From positions 1 to 64,000 of the forward strand of contig JAFGDS010000102.1 in NCBI GenBank assembly GCA_016931995.1: 64,000 nt of DNA. The letters are read 5' to 3'. Shown piece after piece: positions 55,871 through 64,000 of the stretch (within the stretch, counting starts at the first letter, position 1; each line of letters opens with the position of its first letter). Below the pieces are notes generated by a model. That model saw only the letters and a list, made by a program, of their open reading frames with translations. It made no database searches and was not told the DNA's origin. The stretch comes from Pirellulales bacterium. GTDB lineage: Bacteria > Planctomycetota > Planctomycetia > Pirellulales > Thermoguttaceae. The position numbers and the translations under genes are program-made.

Positions 55871-57373
55871 TTATGGTTGCGGTGTCCAAAGCAGTCCACC
55901 GGACCGTCGGGAAGCCTGTCCAGAAGGCTGCAATCGGCTTACAGGCACGTAACGATTTCCGGGTCCGTTGCATTGCATACGGCGTGTTACCCGGGGCAGC
56001 GCGACGACCAGCCCGCACATGAGCCAAAGGGGACGTTGGCGCAGACCGAACATGGCCACTCCATAGAGAAGCAAGGACGCGAAGCCGATCAGCACGGCGG
56101 TGATGATAAGTCGCCGTCTTGTGTTCCGGCAAAGGTGCAGACCCAAGCGCCCGTTGTAGGCCGTGCCGGCCAGCCACCAGATTAGGGCGAGCAGGCCGAA
56201 AATGCCCTCTTCACCCAACACGGCGGCATACGTGTTGTGGATTTCGTGGACGTGGAACTTCGCGGTGAAATTCGCCGGTCCAACGCCGAACAGGGGCCGC
56301 TGGACCGTTTTGGCCAAAACCAGGTGGAGTTGGTCCGTCCGCGTGTCGTCTAAGGACCGCTCCCCGCGCAACGATTCGACGAGCAGCCGGGTGGACCGCT
56401 CGTAGGGGCTGGTCGTGCCGGCCGCGTACGACTGTTCGGAATTGAGCCACACAGAGGCGACCACATACAAAATGCCCGCGGCGGCGATCGCTCCCATGCC
56501 AAGAAATATCTTGCGGCTAAACACGCTCGTGTCGGCGGTGCGCAGTCCGATCCAGAGGATCATGGCGGCGGAGAAGCAGAGCATGAGGAATCCCATCCGG
56601 CTTCCGCAGCCAGCCACCGCTATGGCGATGCCGACGGCCAGCATCGTGCAGGCGAGGCGAGTCGCTCGGCGTGAGTCTTTCATGGCGGCGGTCATGACGA
56701 CCAGCGTGAGAACGGGGATGCAATAGCCGGGCAACTGATTCGACATCCTCAGCGTCGAGGAGATCCGGCCGGTGAACTCGTCGCGTGCCCAGACGGGGGC
56801 GGACACCGCAAGGCTCCACACGGCCACGGCGCACACGATGACGGTCCCGCCACACCAGGCCCAAAGGCATCGCTTCCATTTGTCCCACGAATCAACGAGT
56901 AGCACAACAGTCAGGAAGAGGCCGAAGCCGTACAGGTAGTTAACGGTTTCCACCAGACTGCGAACCAGCTCCAGGTCGCCGTCACACGTGTTCAGGAGGA
57001 GGGATACACCGATAACCGCCATGAACGCGACTCCGCGTCTGACGGCGACGCGTTGCGACGGTAGCAAAGCAGGGAGCCGCTGCGGCCGGAGCAACATGGC
57101 CAGCCAGGTCAGGCACATGACTCCTTCACAGAGCGTCAGCTTTTCACGGACGACGGGCAGTTCGGGCGTCAGTAGGATGGCCGAGGCGAAGATGGCCCCG
57201 CATAGTCCCAAAACGTGATCGCGCGAAATGACCGCCAGCGCAATGCACGCGACGACCGCTGTGACGGCGATGACGATCAGGCCGATCCACACGGCGTTTG
57301 CTCCCGGCGATAGTCGGTTTCGGCCAGCCCATTGCGAGCGCGGAGTTGGCGTTTCAGCGTATTGGGAATCCAA
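55871..57373 (-). CDS. O-antigen ligase/polymerase-family (Wzy_C-like) polytopic membrane protein
   Basis: 10+ TM helices. Periplasmic loop FHVHEIHNTYAAVLGEEGIFGLLALIWWL typical of O-antigen ligase family. The first ATG overlaps the upstream GT2 gene by about 97 nt; the true start may be a later GTG/TTG. Confidence 0.75.
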   Translation of the reverse strand: MDSQYAETPTPRSQWAGRNRLSPGANAVWIGLIVIAVTAVVACIALAVISRDHVLGLCGAIFASAILLTPELPVVREKLTLCEGVMCLTWLAMLLRPQRLPALLPSQRVAVRRGVAFMAVIGVSLLLNTCDGDLELVRSLVETVNYLYGFGLFLTVVLLVDSWDKWKRCLWAWCGGTVIVCAVAVWSLAVSAPVWARDEFTGRISSTLRMSNQLPGYCIPVLTLVVMTAAMKDSRRATRLACTMLAVGIAIAVAGCGSRMGFLMLCFSAAMILWIGLRTADTSVFSRKIFLGMGAIAAAGILYVVASVWLNSEQSYAAGTTSPYERSTRLLVESLRGERSLDDTRTDQLHLVLAKTVQRPLFGVGPANFTAKFHVHEIHNTYAAVLGEEGIFGLLALIWWLAGTAYNGRLGLHLCRNTRRRLIITAVLIGFASLLLYGVAMFGLRQRPLWLMCGLVVALPRVTRRMQCNGPGNRYVPVSRLQPSGQASRRSGGLLWTPQP

Positions 57374-58119
57374 GGATAGGCCAGGCGAGAGGCCGGAAAC
57401 ACGTAGTGCAGCGGCGACAGCCCGAACTCGCGAATTGCACAGCTGCTGAGATAGGCCAATCGGCGATTTTGCGATTGCGTCGAGAAGCTACGTTGGAAGT
57501 AACTTTCGTTGCGCACGCGCCGTTTTACCAGCGCCTCGGGCAGGTTGGCCACCTTGCAGTGCTTTGCCACTCGGATGAAGAATTCGAAGTCAATCAGAAA
57601 CGGCTGGCTGGGGTCGTAGTTGATTCCTTGCTCGACGAGGTTTCGCCGGAACATGACGGCGCTGTGGCAATAGGGGATGCACTTGGCCGCCTGGCGCCGG
57701 ATGGCCTTATCGGTTTCCGGATAGACGCGGACCACATTGTCGCCTCGCTGTGTGTCTTCTCGCTGTTCGGCGGACCCAATCCACCCGTACTCGGGCATAT
57801 TTTCCAGGAAACGCGCCTGCATTTCCAGGCGGGCGGGAAACGCCTCGTCGTCGGCATCCAGATTGGCCAGGTATTTCCCTCGCGCTATGGTGGTTGCCCG
57901 CGCCAACGAGGCGGCTCGACCTTGTCTTGGCGCATGGATCACGCGAAGCCGCGGGTCCGCGATCGCGTCGAGGATTTGCCGCGTGAGATCCGTTGATCCG
58001 TCGTCCAGGACAAGTACTTCGATGTCACGGAGCGATTGGTCCAACAGGCTCCGCACGGCGGGTTCGATCCAGGTTTCTTCGTTGTACACGGTAATGAAAG
58101 CTGTCACTAAGGGTTTCAT
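57277..58119 (-). CDS. Family 2 glycosyltransferase
   Basis: AFITVYNEETWI..LDDGSTD..NLDADD (GT2 DXD). Confidence 0.85.
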   Translation of the reverse strand: MKPLVTAFITVYNEETWIEPAVRSLLDQSLRDIEVLVLDDGSTDLTRQILDAIADPRLRVIHAPRQGRAASLARATTIARGKYLANLDADDEAFPARLEMQARFLENMPEYGWIGSAEQREDTQRGDNVVRVYPETDKAIRRQAAKCIPYCHSAVMFRRNLVEQGINYDPSQPFLIDFEFFIRVAKHCKVANLPEALVKRRVRNESYFQRSFSTQSQNRRLAYLSSCAIREFGLSPLHYVFPASRLAYPWIPNTLKRQLRARNGLAETDYRREQTPCGSA

Positions 58120-58200
58120 GGCAACACCTTATGTCTTTTGACCGTTCCGGTTGAGAAATGTTATTGATCAGGTCTTTTGCGGCTGTCGCGTCGGACGGGC

Positions 58201-58962
58201 CTATCGTGGTTCGCAAGTTACAATCAATGACGAAGCCAATCCTGGACACACCTGCGGGAGCAGGCGAACTTCGAGTGATTCCAACGCGCGGCCAGCCCAG
58301 AGTCCCAACGTGCCGCCGAGCGGATTGATCGTGACGCGGTCGCCGCGCCAACGAAACTGGTCGAAGCCGGCCTTTCGGAGCAACGCAGTGAATTCCGGCC
58401 GGCCCCAGGAGAACAGGTGCAAAGAATGGTCCGGCCTTTCGGATCCAGTCAGGGCGCGGACCAGCCGCGCAGTACGATGCACGTTGGGCACGGCAAACAC
58501 GTAGGCCGCGGCTTGCATGTTGCGCAACGCTTGCAGGATTTTCAAAGGATTTGAAAGATGCTCCAGGACGTGCGACAGGACGATGACGTCGAACTGGCCC
58601 GGCCGGAAATGGTCGGCCAGATCTTCGACCGAGCCGGCCACGCACGTCGCGTATTGGGAGGCCAAGGCCACGCAGTTCGGCTCGGGCTCCAAGCCGGTCA
58701 CTTGGTGGCCGAGTCGAGTCAATTGCTCCAGCAGTTCCCCGCGGCCGCAGCCCACGTCGAGAACGCGCATGGGCGCCGGTGCGTTGACGCATGCCGCGGC
58801 GTCCCGCACAACGGCCTGGCACAATGCCTGATAAAGGCTCTTGCGCAAAAAGCGTGCCCGGCTCGTGGGTGACGTGTCGATGTGGCCGGATGCCGGCGCA
58901 TGGCCGATCCGTTTGCCGAATACGCCGATAGCCGGTTCAGCGTGAGGTGTGGCAGCCTGCAC
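58201..58962 (-). CDS. Class I SAM-dependent methyltransferase (type 11/12-like)
   Basis: GTG start 7 nt after an AAGGAG RBS, overlapping the upstream GT4 stop. Motif I VLDVGCGRGELL, FDVIVLSHVLEHL. The upstream part of the ORF-track reading is rejected (P/R-rich). Confidence 0.7.
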   Translation of the reverse strand: MQAATPHAEPAIGVFGKRIGHAPASGHIDTSPTSRARFLRKSLYQALCQAVVRDAAACVNAPAPMRVLDVGCGRGELLEQLTRLGHQVTGLEPEPNCVALASQYATCVAGSVEDLADHFRPGQFDVIVLSHVLEHLSNPLKILQALRNMQAAAYVFAVPNVHRTARLVRALTGSERPDHSLHLFSWGRPEFTALLRKAGFDQFRWRGDRVTINPLGGTLGLWAGRALESLEVRLLPQVCPGLASSLIVTCEPR

Positions 58963-60115
58963 TGAAGCGCTCCTTTTTTGTACCGACGAGGAAATCGTAG
59001 AGCCGGAGGTAGTTGGCCACCATGTGGTCGACGGTGAACCGTCTTTCGACACGCCGCCGGGCGTTGGCCGCGCGGCGGGCGGCCTCGGCGGGTGAGCGGA
59101 GCGTCTCGATGAGCGTTTCCGCAAGGCTCCCCGGGTCGCCTTCCTCGAAGAACCAACCGGCGTCCGTCGTGCATCCCAACAGCTCCTCGAACACGTCGAT
59201 TCGGCTGGCGACGACGGGAGTTTGACAAGCCATGGCTTCGGCCACGACCAGCCCGAAGCCTTCTTGCCCGCGCCGGCTGGGAACCACCACCGCGGCGGCA
59301 GTGGCCAGTTCGTGGATCGACTCCTCGCGGGAGAGCCAGCCCTTAAAGTCGACACGTTCAGCAATGTGCAGTTGTGACGCCCGCGAGCGCAACGCAACTT
59401 CGTCGGGCCCGGAGCCGATCAGCACGAGCCGCGTGTCCGGACAAGCTTTCAGAACACGGGGCATGGCCTGGAGAAGAAGCCGCTGCCCTTTGACCGGAAC
59501 CAATCGGCCAATGCACACGACCTTGTTAGGACTGCTCAAAGCGGCATTGTTTCGGATCTGGTCGATTTCGGCCAAATCGACGCCGTTGTGGACCACGAGA
59601 TGGCGGGGCGCGACGTTGCCTTCGGCGATGGACCAGGTGTGGGCCGCTCGGCCGAAGGAATTGGCCACCGTCCATGAGACGTACACGACGGAAGACACGA
59701 AGCGCTCCGTGTGGCGGACGGCCCAGCGATAGTGGGGCCGCATGGATCCGTAGGTTTCGTGTTGGGTCGAGAGGATCACGGGCGTGCGACGTCGGTGCGC
59801 GATGAGCCTCGCGATAATGCCAGGCACGCAGAAATGCGTATGTACCACATCGGGAGTCCACTCGCGTAGGAGGTCGCCGAACTTCGCGGAGAAGACCTTG
59901 TGCTGCCAGAAGAGATCCCACATGCCTCTTTTGCGGCGAACGGGCACGTCGACCACGTCGACGCCCTCCGGTGCGGGCGGCGGGGCTACGGGCCGCTGAT
60001 CGTCCAGCCGGCAGAAGATCACTTCGTCACCCCGCGCAATCAGCCCACGGGCCACCTGATTCATCAGGCTCCATATCGACACGGCCGCGCGGCGATCGAC
60101 GAAGACGATTTTCAT
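58937..60115 (-). CDS. Family 4 glycosyltransferase (GT-B, retaining)
   Basis: Start MKIVFVDRR with GGAG RBS and ATGA coupling to the upstream GT4. EX7E region EGFGLVVAEAMACQTPVV. Confidence 0.9.
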   Translation of the reverse strand: MKIVFVDRRAAVSIWSLMNQVARGLIARGDEVIFCRLDDQRPVAPPPAPEGVDVVDVPVRRKRGMWDLFWQHKVFSAKFGDLLREWTPDVVHTHFCVPGIIARLIAHRRRTPVILSTQHETYGSMRPHYRWAVRHTERFVSSVVYVSWTVANSFGRAAHTWSIAEGNVAPRHLVVHNGVDLAEIDQIRNNAALSSPNKVVCIGRLVPVKGQRLLLQAMPRVLKACPDTRLVLIGSGPDEVALRSRASQLHIAERVDFKGWLSREESIHELATAAAVVVPSRRGQEGFGLVVAEAMACQTPVVASRIDVFEELLGCTTDAGWFFEEGDPGSLAETLIETLRSPAEAARRAANARRRVERRFTVDHMVANYLRLYDFLVGTKKERFSAGCHTSR

Positions 60116-61218
60116 GCCTTCTCCAGATAGACCGAGGGGTATTGGGCAAACGTGCCGTCTTCGGAATACTGCCTTATCACAGCTTCCTGGCCGCGCCGGC
60201 CCATCGCGCGCGAGTCTTCGGGGTTGCGGTAGTGCCACAGGAGCAAGTCGGCCAACGATTTGGAATCGCCGCGGGGAAAGCGGTGGCCGGTCACGTCGTG
60301 CTCGATGAAATCGGCCGACGCTGGGAAGTCGGCCGTGATCGTCGGGACGCCGCATTGCATTGCCTCGAGGGCGGCCATCCCCAGTCCTTCGAAACGGGAC
60401 GGAAGCACGGAGACGTCGGACTTGCGAAGCGCGGCCAGCGCCTCGTTGTGCGCAACGGCTCCCATGAAGGCGACAAACTGGCCGATCCCCAGCTCGACGG
60501 CCAGCCGGCGAAGGGATTTCTCAAGCGGGCCACCGCCCACGAGCGCCAATTGGACCGGGCCCGCGACGCACGATCGCAATATCGAAAATGCGCGCAGCAG
60601 CGTCGGCCAGTCCTTTTCTGGCGCCAACCGGCCGCACCCGCACACAATGAACGCCGACGCTGTCTCGCGAGCTTCCGGCAATGGCGCTGTTTGAAACGGC
60701 AAGAAGGGCGGGGGGACAATAGTGGTTTTCTTCCCTTGCCCGAAGCACTTAACGTCCAGGGACCGAGCCACCACCGGCGAATTGCAGACCACCTGGTCCG
60801 CCAGCGACGCGGCAAGTCGCGTCGTCATTCTTCGGCGCCAATTCCAGGCCGTCACCGGCATGTGCAGCGTTGTAATGATCCGTGGCACGCGCAACCACCG
60901 TAAAAGAAGCGTCACGGGCAGAAGACTCGAGTAAAGATGGCAATGGCACACGTCCGGGACAAGCCGGCCAATGAGGCGGTGGAGCTTATTCAAACGCTCG
61001 GGCAATGATCCCCCGAGACAGAACACCGCATCGGCGGCTTCCGCCGCTTCAGGAAGCAAGTCTGATTCCCAACGACGCAAGACGACGAGGAACACCTCGA
61101 ATGACTCTCGCCGCCGCAGATACCGGGCCAATTGCGACACGTATTCCTCCGTGCCGCCGGCACGCCAGTCTTCCAGCAGCATCAACACGCGATGGGGAGT
61201 CTTGGTTTGCATCGTCAA
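60112..61218 (-). CDS. Family 4 glycosyltransferase
   Basis: C-terminal FEGLGMAALEAMQCGVPTI (EX7E). N-terminal GT-B half. Confidence 0.9.
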   Translation of the reverse strand: MTMQTKTPHRVLMLLEDWRAGGTEEYVSQLARYLRRRESFEVFLVVLRRWESDLLPEAAEAADAVFCLGGSLPERLNKLHRLIGRLVPDVCHCHLYSSLLPVTLLLRWLRVPRIITTLHMPVTAWNWRRRMTTRLAASLADQVVCNSPVVARSLDVKCFGQGKKTTIVPPPFLPFQTAPLPEARETASAFIVCGCGRLAPEKDWPTLLRAFSILRSCVAGPVQLALVGGGPLEKSLRRLAVELGIGQFVAFMGAVAHNEALAALRKSDVSVLPSRFEGLGMAALEAMQCGVPTITADFPASADFIEHDVTGHRFPRGDSKSLADLLLWHYRNPEDSRAMGRRGQEAVIRQYSEDGTFAQYPSVYLEKA

Positions 61219-61237
61219 GGACCGTGGGGTGCGTAAA

Positions 61238-62380
61238 TTATGCAGTTATATTCTGTTTGACCTTGCCGCACGTCCGCAACAGGAGGTCACAACCGCGGCT
61301 TGCCCACGCCGGGGGCAGGATCGCCAGCCCGCGGAGCAGTTCGAGCCGGAGCCGGTGGCCCCGATTTGGCCGGTGTTGCAGTCCGCGGTACGTGGCGTCT
61401 CTCGCCACGCGAGGAAAACCGTTTCGGATGGCTTCCATCGCGACGAGGAAATATCGGGCAGCCAGCGCTGGCGACAGGTCGGCGTGTTCGGAAGGCGATT
61501 CCACAAGGTGTCCCGATGGTTTATGCTCCTGGCAGTTAGGGCCGTGCTCGGCGGTTTCTGGGATTTGCGTAGGCGTCTCGACCAGCAGACCGGCGTTCCG
61601 CAGAGTACGTTCGGCCGAAGCCACCGCAAGAGCCATCGCCTCGATGCCTTCTCGCTGGCTGGCCAGATCGGCGATTTGCCCAAGGCTATGCACACGGGCC
61701 AGACAATAGACGCCCGGAAGATGGACGCACCGAGGCCGTAGAGCTAACATGCGGAGGTTGTATTCCCAGTCCTGCCATTTCAACAGGTTCACGTTCCATG
61801 GACCGATGCGCCGGCACAGGCGCCGTCGATAGAGGCCGCAGATCGAGTTGAGCGTTGACTTGCTGAGGTGGTCGGACAGAAGCGCCGTCGTCGCCCGGCC
61901 AAAACAGGGCGGCACGTTCCAGTCGGGCGCGACCTCGAACCGGCCGGCTTCCGAATAGACGTAGTCCACGTCCGGGGCAAACGCCAGCAACTCGATCTGC
62001 CGCTGGAGCTTCTCGGGATGAAGCACGTCGTCCGAGTCCAGGAACTGAATGAACTCGCTTTTTGATTCGGCAAGCCCTCGGTTTCGGGCGGATGGCGCTC
62101 CACTTTTTGCTTGGTAAATGTATTTCACGGTGAATTGGCCGGCGGCGGCATGCGTTTGCGACCACGCTTTGACGACCATTTCCGTGTCGTCGGTTGACCC
62201 GTCGTCAACGATCACCAGTTCGATCGGCCGGTAGGTCTGCCCGAAGACGGAATCGATCGACTCGACCAGCAACCCGGCGCGATTGTGCGTCGGCACGATC
62301 ACCGACGCCAGGGACGGCTGGAAGGCGGCGTTCATCCGGGCAACCTCAGTCTCAGTTGTGGAGTGCTCCGGCTGATTCAT
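61238..62380 (-). CDS. Family 2 glycosyltransferase
   Basis: Start MNQPEH with GAGGG RBS. VIVPTHNR .. VDDGSTDDT .. LDSDD. Confidence 0.85.
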   Translation of the reverse strand: MNQPEHSTTETEVARMNAAFQPSLASVIVPTHNRAGLLVESIDSVFGQTYRPIELVIVDDGSTDDTEMVVKAWSQTHAAAGQFTVKYIYQAKSGAPSARNRGLAESKSEFIQFLDSDDVLHPEKLQRQIELLAFAPDVDYVYSEAGRFEVAPDWNVPPCFGRATTALLSDHLSKSTLNSICGLYRRRLCRRIGPWNVNLLKWQDWEYNLRMLALRPRCVHLPGVYCLARVHSLGQIADLASQREGIEAMALAVASAERTLRNAGLLVETPTQIPETAEHGPNCQEHKPSGHLVESPSEHADLSPALAARYFLVAMEAIRNGFPRVARDATYRGLQHRPNRGHRLRLELLRGLAILPPAWASRGCDLLLRTCGKVKQNITA

Positions 62381-63378
62381 GTATCCCTCTCTGCGAGCCG
62401 GCGCCCGGGCGATGGCGGATCGAAATGCAATAGCCGACGTCGCAGCCGCTGGGCAAACCATCGAATGCGCCGGCGGATCACGTGCGGGAGCCGGCTCATG
62501 GCCGTCGGCAGGCACGACAAAGCGGACGGATAGACCATTTCGTGTCGTTCCACGCTCAGGACGGGACGCCGCGCCAATCGCGCGATTTCCATGGCCTGGC
62601 GGTGGCTGCTTTCGATGAAGAGCTTCGCGTTTGCCGAGATGTAGGCCCGTGCCTTCATCGCGGCATGGGCTCCGGCCGCCTGACGGGACTCTTGGTCCGG
62701 GAAGTCCATCATGACCAGGCGCCGATACTGCACGCCGTGGCGTTGCAGCCACTGCTCGGTCAGAAAGCGGTATTTTTCGAGGCGGCAGGTCACCAAAGCC
62801 CCCACCGGAGCGGACGGCAGCCAGAGCGGCGAGGCCTCTTTGAGAAAACGTTCGTAGCAGGGCCCATCGTCGTTTTGCCCGTCGGTGGGATCGACGCAGA
62901 GCACGCCGTCGATATCGACGCAACTGTCGGCCAGAACGCTGTGATGCATGAAGTTCCATTCGAAAACGCGAGGCCCGACGATTTCCTCGAAGTAAAGATC
63001 GACCTTCCGCCGGCCGGGCAACGAGACGTAAACGGTGGCAAAGATCGCTTGGCGGTCCGCGCCGGCTTGGGCGAGGCGCTGCCGTGCGCGGCTCATCGCT
63101 TCGCCCGATTCCAGCGAATCATCGAGCACAAGAACCCGTCCATAATGCTCCAGCGGCGCCTTGTTGGATCGCGAGGGCAGCCGTGAGCCAGATCGCAGAA
63201 GACGTCCCTCGATGAAACCGTCCAGATCGGCCAGGGGGAGATTCAGATGCAGCGCCAGGAGATTCGCGGCGAGTAGCCCGCTGCGAGGGATGCCGACGAT
63301 AAGAGCCACGTCACGCGGAACCTTGTGCAGATTCCGAACGATGGTCTCGTTCAAGTTCGCCACACTTCGGAAGTTCAT
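62377..63378 (-). CDS. Phosphoribosyltransferase-like domain fused to a HAD-like phosphatase domain
   Basis: Start MNFRSV; ATGA overlap with the downstream GT2. PRTase-type VLVLDDSLESGEAM and IVGIPRSGLL. HAD motif I DIDGVLCVDPT. Confidence 0.6.
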   Translation of the reverse strand: MNFRSVANLNETIVRNLHKVPRDVALIVGIPRSGLLAANLLALHLNLPLADLDGFIEGRLLRSGSRLPSRSNKAPLEHYGRVLVLDDSLESGEAMSRARQRLAQAGADRQAIFATVYVSLPGRRKVDLYFEEIVGPRVFEWNFMHHSVLADSCVDIDGVLCVDPTDGQNDDGPCYERFLKEASPLWLPSAPVGALVTCRLEKYRFLTEQWLQRHGVQYRRLVMMDFPDQESRQAAGAHAAMKARAYISANAKLFIESSHRQAMEIARLARRPVLSVERHEMVYPSALSCLPTAMSRLPHVIRRRIRWFAQRLRRRLLHFDPPSPGRRLAERDT

Positions 63379-64000
63379 GGCTTGCGGCCTCGCATGCCTA
63401 GATTGATCCAGCCGTGGTCGTCCCCTCTCACCTCCGACCGGTCGAGAAGCGTGACGTCCAGGAGCCACACGCGTTCCATCAGGGCTTTCAGGTAACGCCG
63501 GGAAAAGAGCGCCCGGTGCCAATTAGGGTCAGCCGAGTCACCCGTCCCATCGCCATAGGTTAACAGCCGTCCGGCGGCCCATTTGCAGACGTCTTTTTCT
63601 TCGTTGAACCGATACCATCCGTCCTTCTGGAAGTCGTGGTTCGCGTCGCACTCGCCATCGATAAACGCTTTGCAGATTTTTTCGCCATCGGGTACCCAGA
63701 TTTCCAGAACCCCGCCGGGCTTTAGAATCCGTGTCCATTCTCGCAGCACGTGTTCGGTCTGATACCAGGGAATGTGTTCCAGGACGTGGCTGGCGTAGAC
63801 CACCTCGAAGCACTCGTCGGGCAGGGGCAGCCGTTTCGCCGCATCGCAGATGTAATCGACGTGCCGACCGGCTCGAATGTTCAACGTCTCGAATCCCTCG
63901 AGTCGCGCCGGTCCAGGGCCAATCTCGAGCTTTCGGTGGGTTTTGTGTTGGTTGCGAGCCAGGTTGATGCCGGTGATAATCTGTCGACCGGGGGATCGGT
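63375..64000 (-). CDS. Class I SAM-dependent methyltransferase, 5' end beyond the window edge (partial)
   Basis: ORF-track start (TTG) is internal. In-frame upstream translation gives RKLEIGPGPARLEGFETL (motif I E/DxGxGxG) and stays open to position 64000. Downstream FEVVYASHVLEHIPW. Confidence 0.7.
   Translation of the reverse strand, partial: RSPGRQIITGINLARNQHKTHRKLEIGPGPARLEGFETLNIRAGRHVDYICDAAKRLPLPDECFEVVYASHVLEHIPWYQTEHVLREWTRILKPGGVLEIWVPDGEKICKAFIDGECDANHDFQKDGWYRFNEEKDVCKWAAGRLLTYGDGTGDSADPNWHRALFSRRYLKALMERVWLLDVTLLDRSEVRGDDHGWINLGMRGRKP

Noticed and set aside
58025-58822. 265-aa minus-strand ORF overlapping the methyltransferase in another frame
   Set aside because: R/G/P-rich with no motifs. 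The methyltransferase frame has a clear motif I and a strong RBS.
1-64000. CRISPR arrays, integrases, transposases, phage genes
   Set aside because: None found. Repeats present are palindromic or MITE-like, not spacer-interspaced direct repeats. No recombinase motifs in any frame near the three tRNAs.

Overview
This is a high-GC (about two-thirds G+C) bacterial chromosomal segment, most likely from a Planctomycetota-like organism. That inference rests on a DUF1559 prepilin-like protein with its lipoprotein partner, a Cys-type sulfatase, a giant multi-N-domain secretin, a PEP-CTERM protein and very high GC3.

Recognisable gene content, in order:
- Left end: an enolase-superfamily enzyme, a NarL-type response regulator, an aldo/keto reductase (one of three in the window), an Arc-type RHH protein and an SPFH/band-7 protein.
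- A 1341-aa secretin whose stop overlaps (ATGA) the start of a lipoprotein gene, followed by a convergent BON-domain protein.
- A low-GC PEP-CTERM gene beside tRNA-Ser, then uvrA.
- A low-GC patch carrying a voltage-gated K+ channel and an orphan beta-class DNA methyltransferase.
- folK (fused to a deoxynucleoside-kinase-like domain), panC and lgt (with a PDZ insertion), then a small DMT/DUF486 protein.
- A divergent cluster: a TonB-dependent-receptor-like outer-membrane protein with a novel N-terminal Cys-rich HEAT-like domain; a secreted stand-alone paralog of that domain; and a Cys-rich small gene interrupted at a textbook -1 slippery heptamer (A_AAA_AAC).
- trmB, a SAM methyltransferase, a DUF1559 protein with its lipoprotein partner, and a four-gene His-Asp signalling cluster (hybrid RR-HK, PAS/GAF sensor HK, two paralogous CheY-like receivers).
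- A sugar-phosphate isomerase, class III aminotransferase and Gfo/Idh/MocA oxidoreductase cluster; a degenerate GGDEF protein; a TPR protein; recJ and rpmG.
- tRNA-Pro, tRNA-Leu and tRNA-Arg; a LacI regulator plus sulfatase; a SEC-C-motif protein.
- An O-antigen/glycan cluster (ligase, two GT2, two GT4, two methyltransferases, a PRTase-HAD fusion) that runs off the right edge.

At least three families of palindromic or MITE-like repeats are scattered through the intergenic regions. No CRISPR array, integrase or transposase is visible.

The many long antisense ORFs are judged GC-driven artefacts. When re-indexing the printed text by hand I hit apparent +/-1 discrepancies against the ORF track in two places; these may be my own counting slips, so I anchored every coordinate to the ORF track. 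Non-ORF coordinates are therefore approximate to a few bases.
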